Below, piece after piece: positions 21,343 through 30,947 of a DNA stretch of 64,000 nt. Below the pieces are notes generated by a model, which made no database searches, was not told the origin of the DNA, and saw only the letters and a list, made by a program, of their open reading frames with translations. The translations under genes and the position numbers were made by a program. Source of the DNA: Ilumatobacteraceae bacterium (GTDB lineage Bacteria; Actinomycetota; Acidimicrobiia; Acidimicrobiales; Ilumatobacteraceae); NCBI GenBank assembly GCA_009691255.1, contig SHUT01000001.1, positions 865 to 64,864 of the forward strand, in the 5' to 3' direction. The number at the start of each line of letters is the position of its first letter. The stretch's first letter is position 1.

Positions 21343-21663
21343 ATGATCACACTTACCGACGCAGCAGCAGTCAAAGTAGAGCAGTTGCTCCAAGACGAAG
21401 GCGCCGCCGAAATGGCCTTGCGCGTAGCCGTTAAGTCAGGCGGATGCTCAGGCTTTCAATACGACATGTATTTCGACGGTGACATCGCACCCGATGACAT
21501 CGTTGTTACATTTGGCGCAGTGCGCGTTGTTGTTGACCCAGCATCTGCTCCGCTGCTTGAAGGCGCAAGTCTTGATTTCAAAGATGGCCTCAACGAACAA
21601 GGTTTTGCAATCAGCAATCCTGGTGCCACACGCAGTTGCGGTTGTGGCAAATCTTTTAGCTGA
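21343..21663 (+). CDS. erpA: A-type Fe-S cluster carrier (ErpA/IscA)
   Basis: ITLTDAA, GGCSG, CGCGKSF; GGAGG RBS. Confidence 0.92.
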   Translation: MITLTDAAAVKVEQLLQDEGAAEMALRVAVKSGGCSGFQYDMYFDGDIAPDDIVVTFGAVRVVVDPASAPLLEGASLDFKDGLNEQGFAISNPGATRSCGCGKSFS

Positions 21664-22549
21664 TTCCAGCTACTGACAACAGCACGTCGCGCACTTCTTC
21701 TTCGTTGAAGATGGCGTCGAGTCGTGCTCGAAGAATTCCTTGTGCGTCGGTTATGTACAAGGCTGGCTCATACGACATGTTGTAGGCGCTAACCGCTGGA
21801 GCAGGAGTCGTTGCGGTCGAATCTGAGTACACATCAGCATGGACAAACAGGGCTGAGTCGCCAACATTTTTTTGCACTGCAATAAGTGCGTCAAGAGCAG
21901 GAGCACATGTTCCGGTTTGGCAATACGCAGGCGTACCAATGAGATACACGACAGGTTTTCCGGAGCGAAGCGCATCGGTCAGTGTGACGCTATGAAATGG
22001 ACAGGTTCCTTCTACACGAGTACAAATTGGGTCGACACCGTTGTTGTTTGTAGTTGTTGGTGTGTCAAATGGTGGTAGCGCATCTCCAATGAGCGGAATC
22101 TGCACGGCAGTGCGTTGCAGTATTTGAAATGCGGCGCCATCTGCTGGACCGCCATCAACAACGAGCGAATAAATACCCGGAGTGTCTACGGTGACCGTGA
22201 ACGGCCAGTATGGCTGCGGAACACCTGTGGTGTGTTTTGTCGCAGTCACTTGCTGGATGACGGTTTTACCAGTGGCAGTCTCAATGACCTTGGCGCTAAG
22301 AGTTACTGGAAGATCAGTGTCTGCATCTGTAAGAACACCCTTTTGAACCGCTAATGAGATTGGCAAACGAACAGTGCCCGGCACTAGGACATTATTGGGA
22401 AACCGCTGCACAAGGGCCACGCCCTTAGGCAATGTCGGAGCCGACGAGCCTGCTGATGCGCCACACGCAGCCAAGGCAAAAGCGCCGACTGTTGTTGTGC
22501 CGGCATAGATCAAAAAAGTGCGCCGCGAGAACGGAGTAAGCGAAGTCAT
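21656..22549 (-). CDS. Tat-exported lipoprotein with a thioredoxin-like C-terminal domain
   Basis: SRRTFL twin-arginine, LAAC lipobox, TPAYCQTGTC, SYEP. Confidence 0.72.
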   Translation of the reverse strand: MTSLTPFSRRTFLIYAGTTTVGAFALAACGASAGSSAPTLPKGVALVQRFPNNVLVPGTVRLPISLAVQKGVLTDADTDLPVTLSAKVIETATGKTVIQQVTATKHTTGVPQPYWPFTVTVDTPGIYSLVVDGGPADGAAFQILQRTAVQIPLIGDALPPFDTPTTTNNNGVDPICTRVEGTCPFHSVTLTDALRSGKPVVYLIGTPAYCQTGTCAPALDALIAVQKNVGDSALFVHADVYSDSTATTPAPAVSAYNMSYEPALYITDAQGILRARLDAIFNEEEVRDVLLSVAGIS

Positions 22550-22594
22550 AACTGCAATCGTAGAGGAGTGGGGCTGTGACCTACAGTAAGACAC

Positions 22595-22957
22595 ATGGCC
22601 AAACAATCACCACCGACGAGTCCCTATACCCCAGCCGTGCGAGCCGGAGACTGGATCATTGTGTCTGGTCAACTTGGCATCAAAGACGGCGCCTTAGTGG
22701 CTGGAGGTGTGGCAGCGCAAACTGCCCAAGCAGTGGCCAACCTAAAGGCGCAACTCGCAACGATGGGGGCTTCACTCAAAGATGTCAGCAAGACGCTGTG
22801 CTTTCTTACAGACATGGACACCTTCGCAGTATTCAACGAAGCTTATGTCGCTGGCTTTGGTGATAGTCGCCCTGCGCGCAGCACTATTGGAGTTGCTGCG
22901 CTGCCGTTTAGTGGCGACGTAGAGATTGAAGCTTGGGCGTACAAGCCAGTACGCTGA
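22595..22957 (+). CDS. RidA/YjgF family enamine deaminase
   Basis: PYTPA, VSGQLG, NEAY...F...RPARS, VEIEA. Confidence 0.93.
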   Translation: MAKQSPPTSPYTPAVRAGDWIIVSGQLGIKDGALVAGGVAAQTAQAVANLKAQLATMGASLKDVSKTLCFLTDMDTFAVFNEAYVAGFGDSRPARSTIGVAALPFSGDVEIEAWAYKPVR

Positions 22958-22962
22958 TAGTC

Positions 22963-23118
22963 ATGCCAGGCGTTATTCTTATTACTATCGCTTTACTTGC
23001 ATTTCCTATTGTCGTTGGCTTGTCAACTGCTGGTCTAGCGGCATTGATTGGACATTTTTTGTATTCAGATGCAGAGGTTCGCCACGAAGGTAGCGAACTG
23101 CTTGAGACCAACGTCTAG
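22963..23118 (+). CDS. Small membrane protein (51 aa)
   Basis: Hydrophobic ORF exactly filling the gap between the RidA and decarboxylase genes. Confidence 0.65.
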   Translation: MPGVILITIALLAFPIVVGLSTAGLAALIGHFLYSDAEVRHEGSELLETNV

Positions 23119-24507
23119 TTGTCAGAAACGACGCCGGTGGTAGCGATGCACCGGTTTGACCGGAAGAGCAAGAGACTGAGTTGGAAGATTCTGTCGTACG
23201 CCCTGCAACGAATTCGACGAGATTATCCGCTTGATCGGGGAAGAACTCCAGATGAATTACGTCAAGCCGCTGGCGTCACTATCACGCCGACGGGAATCGG
23301 CGGCAAAAGGGCATTGCAATTATGGAGAGATGTGTTGGCGCCGACTTGTATCACGGTTGATCATCCCAGATTCTTGGCATATGTGCCGTCAGCCCCAACA
23401 GAAGCAGCGGGATTATTTGACGTTGCCGTATCTGCGGCAAATGTTTATGCAGGCTCATGGCAAGAGGGGTCTGGTGCAGTATTTGCTGAGAACGAAGCAC
23501 TCCGCTGGCTTGCTGACGTTGCTGGGTTTTCTGCAACCGCTGGTGGAGTATTTGTCAGTGGCGGAACAGCTGGCAATTTGTCAGCACTTATCGCTGCGCG
23601 CTGGAACTGGCGTCATCATGCCAATGGTGCTTACGACAACGTACGCGGTGTAATCATCGCGTCGCGCGGCACGCATTCATCGATAGTTCAGTCTGCACGT
23701 GCAATGGACGCCGATGTCATTTGGGTTGACACAGATCCATGCGGACGCATGACCGGTGTCGCGACTCAGTTTGTTATTGACACCTTGTCTGAGCACGACA
23801 AATTAAGAGTGTTTGCAATTGTGGCGACAGGCGGAACAACAAATGTCGGTGTTGTCGACGACTTATCCGGCGTTGGTGATTGTGCTCGTAATTTGAATAC
23901 TTGGTTTCATGTTGATGCCGCGTATGGTGGCGCAGGTCTCATCGCCCCATCAGTTAGACATTTGTTCAACGGGATTGAACACGCCGATTCATATATTGTC
24001 GATCCACATAAATGGTTGTTTGCACCGTTTGATTGTTGTGCTTTGTTGTATGCCAATCCTCAGATTGCACGCGCAGCGCATACACAACATGCCGAATATT
24101 TAGATTCACTGCACCAAGATGATGCATGGAACCCATCCGATTACGCACATCATCTGTCACGACGGGCGCGTGGATTGCCGTTTTGGTTCAGTCTGGCAAC
24201 ATATGGCACCAATGAGTATCAGCGCTCAGTAGAAGTCACGCTTGATGTCACTCGCGCAGCAGCAAGACAGATCTCTGCACACCCAGATCTTGAATTAGTG
24301 ATGTTTCCTGAGCTGAGCATCGTGATATTTCGTCGTATTGGATGGTCAGCAGATCAATATTATGCGTGGTCCGACAAAGTTCTTAATGACGGAGTGGCGT
24401 TCGTGACACCCACGACATGGCAAAATGAAATCATGTTGCGACTCTGTATCGTTAATCCACTTACGTGTGCTCAAGACATTGCCACAGTGCTCGGAACCCT
24501 GAAGTAA
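23119..24507 (+). CDS. Group II PLP-dependent amino-acid decarboxylase
   Basis: GVFVSGGTAGNL, GTTNVG, HVDAAYGG, DPHKWLF. Confidence 0.92.
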   Translation: MSETTPVVAMHRFDRKSKRLSWKILSYALQRIRRDYPLDRGRTPDELRQAAGVTITPTGIGGKRALQLWRDVLAPTCITVDHPRFLAYVPSAPTEAAGLFDVAVSAANVYAGSWQEGSGAVFAENEALRWLADVAGFSATAGGVFVSGGTAGNLSALIAARWNWRHHANGAYDNVRGVIIASRGTHSSIVQSARAMDADVIWVDTDPCGRMTGVATQFVIDTLSEHDKLRVFAIVATGGTTNVGVVDDLSGVGDCARNLNTWFHVDAAYGGAGLIAPSVRHLFNGIEHADSYIVDPHKWLFAPFDCCALLYANPQIARAAHTQHAEYLDSLHQDDAWNPSDYAHHLSRRARGLPFWFSLATYGTNEYQRSVEVTLDVTRAAARQISAHPDLELVMFPELSIVIFRRIGWSADQYYAWSDKVLNDGVAFVTPTTWQNEIMLRLCIVNPLTCAQDIATVLGTLK

Positions 24508-24511
24508 CCCG

Positions 24512-25891
24512 ATGAACACTCAACAAGTCGACCTTTTGATTGTCAATGCAGATCTCGTAGCAACTGTTGACGAGATGCGCCGCGAAATACCTGGTGGCTG
24601 GGTGGCCATCACTAATGGATTTATCTCAGCACTAGGGGGCGTGCGCGATGCCCTGCCGTTGGCTACACAAGTCATCGATGCCAGCGGGTGTTTAGTTACA
24701 CCTGGTCTGATTAATACTCACCACCACATGTACCAAAACCTCACACGAGCGTTTCCGCCGATGACAAATGCTGCGTTGTTCGGGTGGCTACAAACTTTGT
24801 ACCCACTCTGGAGTGTTCTTGACGAAGAAGGTGCTCATGTCTCGGCATGGGTAGGTCTGGCTGAACTCGCTCTCTCTGGTTGCACAACGTCGACGGATCA
24901 TCTGTATTTGCACCCGCACGGCGGCGGCGACTTGTTGTCAGCAGAAATTGCAGCGGCACAAGACTTGGGATTGCGGTTTCATCCCACTCGTGGCTCGATG
25001 TCGTTGTCGCAAAAGGATGGCGGATTACCGCCTGACAACGTGGTGCAAGAAGACGATGATATTTTGGCAGAGTCTCAGAGCGCAGTTGAACGTCATCACG
25101 ATCGCAGTCATGGTGCAATGGTTCGCATTGCACTTGCACCGTGTTCGCCTTTTAGCGTGACAAAAGATCTGATGATTCGTTCAGCAGAACTGGCTGAAAA
25201 ACTAGATGTACGTTTGCACACCCATTTTGCAGAAAATGTCGAAGATGATGATTTCTCTTTGCGGATGTTTGGATGTCGTCCATTTGAATATTTACGCGAG
25301 GTGGGTTGGCTCAGCAGTCGCACATGGGTTGCGCATTGTGTGATGCCTAACGCCGACGAAGTACGACAGTTAGGTGCAGCCGGAATCGGTGCCGCGCATT
25401 GCCCAAGTAGCAATATGATTATTTCTTCTGGCATTGCTCCTATCATCGAAATGCGGGCAGCTGGCGTGCACGTCGGACTCGGAGTAGACGGTTCATCTTC
25501 TGCTGACTGTGCATCGCTATGGATGGAGGCGCGAGAAGCAATGCTGTTGGCTAAGTTACGCAGTGGTGCGGGTGCCGCAGATGCTCGCATGGCGCTTGAG
25601 TGCGCCACGATTGGTGGTGCAGGATGTTTAGGTCGTCTTGGCGAAATCGGAAGCCTACAGATTGGTGCCGTCGGCGATGTTGCGGTGTGGTCACTTCAGG
25701 GCGTTCGATTTGCCGGAGCCATCGCCGACCCGATTGAAGCGTGGATGCGTTGTGGCCCAATCAGCGCGCGGGACACAATCGTGCATGGTCGAGCAGTAGT
25801 TCGTAATGGAGAACTTGTCAGCAAGCGAGTCGATGAAATGCTGGGTATTCATCGTCGAATCGCTAGCAAAATGCAACAACTCGCCGACTAG
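24512..25891 (+). CDS. 8-oxoguanine deaminase-like amidohydrolase
   Basis: PGLINTHHHMYQNLTR, APCSPFS, LHTHFAE, HCPSSN, GLGVDGS. Confidence 0.88.
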   Translation: MNTQQVDLLIVNADLVATVDEMRREIPGGWVAITNGFISALGGVRDALPLATQVIDASGCLVTPGLINTHHHMYQNLTRAFPPMTNAALFGWLQTLYPLWSVLDEEGAHVSAWVGLAELALSGCTTSTDHLYLHPHGGGDLLSAEIAAAQDLGLRFHPTRGSMSLSQKDGGLPPDNVVQEDDDILAESQSAVERHHDRSHGAMVRIALAPCSPFSVTKDLMIRSAELAEKLDVRLHTHFAENVEDDDFSLRMFGCRPFEYLREVGWLSSRTWVAHCVMPNADEVRQLGAAGIGAAHCPSSNMIISSGIAPIIEMRAAGVHVGLGVDGSSSADCASLWMEAREAMLLAKLRSGAGAADARMALECATIGGAGCLGRLGEIGSLQIGAVGDVAVWSLQGVRFAGAIADPIEAWMRCGPISARDTIVHGRAVVRNGELVSKRVDEMLGIHRRIASKMQQLAD

Positions 25892-25902
25892 TCATCTTGA
25901 CT

Positions 25903-25971
25903 ATGCATGCATTTTGGTTAAGTCTCGTTGTTATCTTTGGCGCGTTCTTGCTGATTGATGCGTTTAATTAG
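25903..25971 (+). other. 22-codon hydrophobic mini-ORF, possible gene remnant
   Basis: MHAFWLSLVVIFGAFLLIDAFN*. Confidence 0.3.
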
Positions 25972-25975
25972 CAAG
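25947..25975. terminator. Possible terminator hairpin between convergent genes
   Basis: CTTGCTGATTGA/TTAATTAGCAAG, 12-bp stem with 2 G-U pairs. Confidence 0.4.
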
Positions 25976-25980
25976 GATAA

Positions 25981-26676
25981 TCAGGTATTCCAGCGGGATT
26001 GACCAAATCGATATCCGACGCTGCGTACCGTTTGAATCAGGTTGGCGTGTTCTTCGCCCAGTTTTGCCCGCAAACGCCGAACATGAACGTCAACTGTGCG
26101 AGCTCCGCCGTAGTACTCGTAACCCCATACTCGTGAGAGCAGCATCTCGCGCGAAAATACCTTGCCAGGGTTCTGTGCCAAGAACTTCAAAAGTTCGTAT
26201 TCCATATATGTGAGATCAAGTGGGTGATTATTAAATGTTGCTTGGTATGTCTCAAGATTAAGTGCCAGACCACCGTGCTCGATCAGTTCTGGTTTTGTAC
26301 CGCCAACTGATTGCCATAGTAAGTGACGCAACCTTGCCTCAAGTTCGCGCGGATGAAATGGCGTCAGACAAAAGTCCTCATACAGATCATCGCGCAGTTC
26401 TAGGTCGCCGAGTTGTGCTCCTGACACCAACACCACCACAGGCGATATAGGCGTGTCGCGTTTGCGCAATGAGCGGGCGAACAGCCATGCAGACTCTGGG
26501 TCTTCGTCGCACACAATGATTGCACCTGACCAGCCATTAGCCGGTTCGTTACGTGTGGCTTCGTCCGCGTTAGAGACGGCTTTCCAGCGATAACCAGAAA
26601 GGTCGAGCATGCGCGCTAAATCAGTTGACGGTGGATCGGGATACACCACCAGCATGTCAAGAAAATTTGCCACCAT
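25981..26676 (-). CDS. glnR: GlnR-type OmpR-family nitrogen regulator
   Basis: Atypical receiver; C-terminus LDLTYMEYELLKFL...VWGYEYYGGARTVDVHVRRLRAKLG matches actinobacterial GlnR; adjacent to GS genes. Confidence 0.85.
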   Translation of the reverse strand: MVANFLDMLVVYPDPPSTDLARMLDLSGYRWKAVSNADEATRNEPANGWSGAIIVCDEDPESAWLFARSLRKRDTPISPVVVLVSGAQLGDLELRDDLYEDFCLTPFHPRELEARLRHLLWQSVGGTKPELIEHGGLALNLETYQATFNNHPLDLTYMEYELLKFLAQNPGKVFSREMLLSRVWGYEYYGGARTVDVHVRRLRAKLGEEHANLIQTVRSVGYRFGQSRWNT

Positions 26677-26680
26677 GGTC

Positions 26681-28027
26681 TTAGATTGATTTCAGATAAC
26701 GCGTAAGTTCGTAGGGCGTCACTTGGGTTTTATATGCACGCCATTCGGAGCGTTTGTTGCGCAAAAACCATTCAAAGATGTGTTCACCGAGTGCTTCGAG
26801 CACGAGTGATGACTGCTCCATAATATGCAATGAATCAGAAAGTGATTGGGGAAGTTGATCTATGCCGAGTTTGAGTAAGACATCATCGCCCATCTCGAAT
26901 AAGTTGGCATCGGCCTCAGGTGCGAGTTCGTATCCGTCGCGGATTCCTTTGAGGCCGGCGGCCAAAATAACCGAAAAAGCCAAATACGGATTACATGCAG
27001 GGTCTGGTGAGCGGTATTCAATGCGAGTGGCACTTGCGTTGCCACGTTTGGCGATAGGGACACGAATCAAACCACTGCGGTTATTGCGCGCCCACGAGAT
27101 GTGGATTGGGGCTTCAAACCCAGGCACAAGTCGCTTGTAGCTATTGACGGTCTGATTCGTTACTGCTGTAATTTCTGCAGCGTGACGCAAAAGCCCCGCC
27201 ATAAACTGTTTAGCGACTGGCGACAAGTTATACGGATCAGATTCATTGTAGAAAGCATTGTTTTCGCCAGAGAATAACGACAAGTGCAGGTGCATGCCTG
27301 AGCCCTGCACGCCTTCAAGAGGCTTTGGCATAAAAGTTGCATGCACATTATGAATCGCAGCAATTTCTTTGACGACCATACGGAAAGTCATCACACTGTC
27401 AGCCATTGACAATGCATCAGTATGTCGCAGATCTATTTCTTGTTGGCTCGGTGCGTCTTCGTGGAAAGAATATTCCACAGGAATACCCATGGTCTCGAGT
27501 GTGCGGATTGTCTCTTTGCGCATTGATGACGAAACATCGTTGCTAGTGAGATCAAAGAACCCGCCTTCGTCTAGCGGTACAGGTTTTTGTCCAGCGACAG
27601 GTGGTTCGAAATAGAAATACTCCATATCTGGGGCAACAAGAAATTCAAAACCTTGAGCACGAGCAGCATCAAGATTGCGTCGCAACACCTGCCGGGGGTC
27701 TCCTTGAAATGGTGTTCCGTCCAAATTATGGATGTCACAGAACACCCTCGCCTCTGCGCCTTTGGCGTCTACCCAGGGCATGACTTCAAACGTGTTGGGA
27801 TCAGGGATCGCCAAAACATCGCTCTCTTGTAGTCGGCTGAAACCATCAATGGACGAACCGTCAAATGTCATTCCGTCATTGAGTGCGTTTTCGAGCTCTG
27901 CTGGACTGATGGCGAAACTTTTGAGATTTCCTAGGACATCTGTGAACCACAGGCGCACGAGTCGAACGCCACGTTCTTCAACGGTTCTTAGGACATAATC
28001 GCGCTGCTGGTCAAGCATTGGGGACAT
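26681..28027 (-). CDS. glnA2: Glutamine synthetase type I family protein (GlnA2-like)
   Basis: RLWFTDVLG.LKS, FDGSSI, TFMPKP, GSGMH.H.SL, IEYRSPDP.CNPYL. Confidence 0.88.
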   Translation of the reverse strand: MSPMLDQQRDYVLRTVEERGVRLVRLWFTDVLGNLKSFAISPAELENALNDGMTFDGSSIDGFSRLQESDVLAIPDPNTFEVMPWVDAKGAEARVFCDIHNLDGTPFQGDPRQVLRRNLDAARAQGFEFLVAPDMEYFYFEPPVAGQKPVPLDEGGFFDLTSNDVSSSMRKETIRTLETMGIPVEYSFHEDAPSQQEIDLRHTDALSMADSVMTFRMVVKEIAAIHNVHATFMPKPLEGVQGSGMHLHLSLFSGENNAFYNESDPYNLSPVAKQFMAGLLRHAAEITAVTNQTVNSYKRLVPGFEAPIHISWARNNRSGLIRVPIAKRGNASATRIEYRSPDPACNPYLAFSVILAAGLKGIRDGYELAPEADANLFEMGDDVLLKLGIDQLPQSLSDSLHIMEQSSLVLEALGEHIFEWFLRNKRSEWRAYKTQVTPYELTRYLKSI

Positions 28028-28082
28028 CCTCATATTCTGCCGTGAAAGTCGGTAAATCACCCACGGACTGTTGTTGATAAAG

Positions 28083-28113
28083 CACAACGGGGGGTATGAC
28101 GCCCCCCGTTGTG
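28083..28113. terminator. GC-rich hairpin downstream of glnII
   Basis: CACAACGGGGGG-tatgacg-CCCCCCGTTGTG, perfect 12-bp stem. Confidence 0.75.
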
Positions 28114-28143
28114 GAACATTTGATTATTCCCGAAGGAAAATGA

Positions 28144-29157
28144 TCAGTCACACACCGTTTCCAGGATGAGACGCGTGACTGTGTATGGGTCGCAGTTTGC
28201 GTTCGGGCGACGGTCTTCGGCGTAACCCTTTTGGTCGCGAGCAACTTGCCATGGGATGCGCACCGAAGCACTGCGGTTCGATACTCCGTAGGAGTACTTG
28301 TTCCATGGAGCAGTCTCATGCTTGCCGGTGAGGCGACTTTGAATATCATGGCCGTAGTTCTCGACATGCTCAAGAACTCGTGTTCCGAGTTTTTCGCATG
28401 CAGCAACAATGGCGTCGTATCCTTCGCGCATTGCCTTAGTGGAAAAGTTTGTGTGTGCACCTGCTCCGTTCCAGTCACCCTTTTCAGGCTTGGCAGCAAA
28501 CGAAATAACAACGTCGTATTCTTCGGCGATGCGATGCAATAACCAATGCGCGATGTACATCTGATCACTGACTGCCAAGGCATCAACTGGTCCGATCTGG
28601 AACTCCCATTGACCAGGCATGACTTCGGCGTTAGTGCCAACAATATTCAGACCGGCATCAATGCAGGCTTGTGTGTGCTCTTCGATGATGTCGCGACCCA
28701 TAACTCGTCCAGCTCCGACACCGCAGTAGTACGGGCCTTGTGGGCCTGGGTAACCACCGACGGGGAATCCAAGTGGCGAACCATCAAGGCGAAGCATTGT
28801 GTATTCCTGCTCAATACCGTAGATCATTTCTTGTGCAGCGTGTCGCTCGGCGACTACTTCGAGTGCTGCTCGGGTATTGGTGGGATGCGGTGAAGCATCT
28901 TTTGCCAACAACACTTCACACATCACCAAAATATTTTTTCCGCCACGGATCGGGTCTGGACATTGAAACACTGGCTTCAAGATGCAGTCAGAAGCTTCAC
29001 CTGTCGCTTGGTTTGTTGATGATCCGTCAAAACCCCACTCATCAAGAGGCATGTCCGAGATTGCTCCCGAGAAGTCGGGAAGGATTTTTGTCTTTGATCG
29101 CAGTAACTGGGTTGGTTGGGTTCCATCTAGCCAGATGTATTCAGCCTGAATTGGCAC
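28144..29157 (-). CDS. glnII: Glutamine synthetase type II
   Basis: AEYIWLDG...LRSKTK, WGFDGSST, GPYYCGVG, NAEVMPGQWEFQIGP, GDWNGAGAHTNFST, EDRRP; GTG start after AAAGGA. Confidence 0.95.
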   Translation of the reverse strand: MPIQAEYIWLDGTQPTQLLRSKTKILPDFSGAISDMPLDEWGFDGSSTNQATGEASDCILKPVFQCPDPIRGGKNILVMCEVLLAKDASPHPTNTRAALEVVAERHAAQEMIYGIEQEYTMLRLDGSPLGFPVGGYPGPQGPYYCGVGAGRVMGRDIIEEHTQACIDAGLNIVGTNAEVMPGQWEFQIGPVDALAVSDQMYIAHWLLHRIAEEYDVVISFAAKPEKGDWNGAGAHTNFSTKAMREGYDAIVAACEKLGTRVLEHVENYGHDIQSRLTGKHETAPWNKYSYGVSNRSASVRIPWQVARDQKGYAEDRRPNANCDPYTVTRLILETVCD

Positions 29158-29232
29158 AGCGTGTCCTTTGGGTGAGTCGGGTAAACCCGATGAATAAGTA
29201 GGTACATCCTGCCAAATTGCGAGCACGTCTCC

Positions 29233-29259
29233 ATTGCCGAACTGTTACGGCTGTGTGAA
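29233..29259 (-). promoter_or_regulatory. Putative GlnR box upstream of glnII
   Basis: Minus strand TTCAC-n6-GTAAC-n6-GCAAT, fitting the GlnR gTnAc-n6-GaAAc / AC-n9-AC pattern. Confidence 0.6.
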
Positions 29260-29303
29260 ATACCACAAGGAGGTGCCCGTGTTGGTTGGGTAGCCTCTGA
29301 AGC

Positions 29304-30947
29304 GTGACGATTTCATTGACGCTTCGGATTGGAATGGCTCAGATCAATCCTGTCGTGGGTGATCTGGGGGGCAATTTGCTCAAAATACAGGAGTCATACC
29401 GCCAAGCTGTCACTGCTGACTGTGCGGTCGTTGTGTTTGGTGAACTGACTGTGACGGGCTATCCGCCCGAAGATCTTGTGCTCAAACAGGCTTTTGTGCG
29501 CGACAACATCGACACCGTTCAGGCATTTGCCGCCACGACTGGGTCATGCGCGGCTGTTGTCGGGTTTGTCGACACTGTGGGCGACCAACTCTTTAATGCA
29601 GCAGCACTGTGTTGCGATGGTCGCGTTGTATCGGTGTATCACAAGCAACTACTCCCGAACTACAGCGTGTTTGATGAAGAACGATACTTTGCACCAGGTG
29701 CTGCCATGTCCGGAACTATTCCGAGTGGTGTGGTCCAGATCGGCGGGGTCACGATGGGAATCACGATTTGTGAGGATATGTGGTTCGACATCGGGCCTGT
29801 GTCAGCACAAGCACAGGCAGGTGCTCGAATAATTGTCAACATCAATGGCTCACCATTTCATGTCGGAAAGCAGACAGAGCGAGAGAAGATGCTGTCGATA
29901 CGGGCAAGCACGAATAGTTGCGCCATCATTTATGTCAATCAAGTCGGGGGTCAAGACGAGTTGGTTTTTGACGGTGCAAGTGTTGTCTTTGATGCGCACG
30001 GAAAATTAGTAAGCCGCATGGCATCTTTTGTAGAAGGTTTTTCCGTTGTCCAACTTAACGCCGACGGTATTGGAGCTGAAGCAGAAGTGGTGCAGACAAA
30101 GGGAAATCTTGACACAATGTACGAAGCACTCGTGCTTGGTACTCGTGACTATGTGCGAAAAAATGGTTTCACAGATGTAGTAATTGGGCTTTCAGGTGGC
30201 ATTGACTCCACTCTTGTTGCAGTAATTGCTGTTGATGCGCTTGGCGCAGAGCACGTTCACGGAGTTGCTATGCCATCTCGTTATTCAAGTCAAGGTTCGT
30301 TAGACGATGCAGCAACACTTGCAAATAACTTAGGGATCGACCATCGGGTTATTTCTATCGAACCAGCGTTCTCGTCCTATCTTGAAATGTTGGCACCATC
30401 GTTTATTGGTCGCAACGAAGACCTGACAGAAGAAAATCTACAAAGCCGTTGTCGTGGCACAACGTTGATGGCGCTTTCAAACAAATTTGGATGGATGGTG
30501 CTCACTACAGGCAACAAGAGCGAAATTGCAGTTGGCTATTTCACAATTTATGGTGACTCTGCTGGTGGCTTCGCAGTAATCAAAGATGTCTTCAAGACAG
30601 ATGTGTTTGCGTTGTGTCGCCGTTATAACGAGCGAGCAGGTCATGAGGTTATTCCGCTGGCGGTAATCGACAAACCGCCATCTGCAGAGTTGCGACCCGA
30701 TCAACGTGACGACCAAAGTCTTCCGCCGTATGACGAACTCGATCCCATTCTGGAAATGTATATAGATGGTGACCTCACAGTTGCTGACATCGTGGCACGA
30801 GGTGCCGACGAAACACTTGTCAGGCGATTAGCCAGACTTGTTGATCTCAGTGAATACAAAAGACGCCAAACGGCTCCGGGAGTGCGTGTGTCGTCGAAGG
30901 CCTTTGGAAGAGACAGGCGCGTGCCAATCACTCATCGATATACATAA
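29304..30947 (+). CDS. nadE: Glutamine-dependent NAD+ synthetase
   Basis: Nitrilase domain (ELTVTGYPPEDL, K..LPNY, ICED) plus SGGIDS and TGNKSE. Confidence 0.96.
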   Translation: MTISLTLRIGMAQINPVVGDLGGNLLKIQESYRQAVTADCAVVVFGELTVTGYPPEDLVLKQAFVRDNIDTVQAFAATTGSCAAVVGFVDTVGDQLFNAAALCCDGRVVSVYHKQLLPNYSVFDEERYFAPGAAMSGTIPSGVVQIGGVTMGITICEDMWFDIGPVSAQAQAGARIIVNINGSPFHVGKQTEREKMLSIRASTNSCAIIYVNQVGGQDELVFDGASVVFDAHGKLVSRMASFVEGFSVVQLNADGIGAEAEVVQTKGNLDTMYEALVLGTRDYVRKNGFTDVVIGLSGGIDSTLVAVIAVDALGAEHVHGVAMPSRYSSQGSLDDAATLANNLGIDHRVISIEPAFSSYLEMLAPSFIGRNEDLTEENLQSRCRGTTLMALSNKFGWMVLTTGNKSEIAVGYFTIYGDSAGGFAVIKDVFKTDVFALCRRYNERAGHEVIPLAVIDKPPSAELRPDQRDDQSLPPYDELDPILEMYIDGDLTVADIVARGADETLVRRLARLVDLSEYKRRQTAPGVRVSSKAFGRDRRVPITHRYT

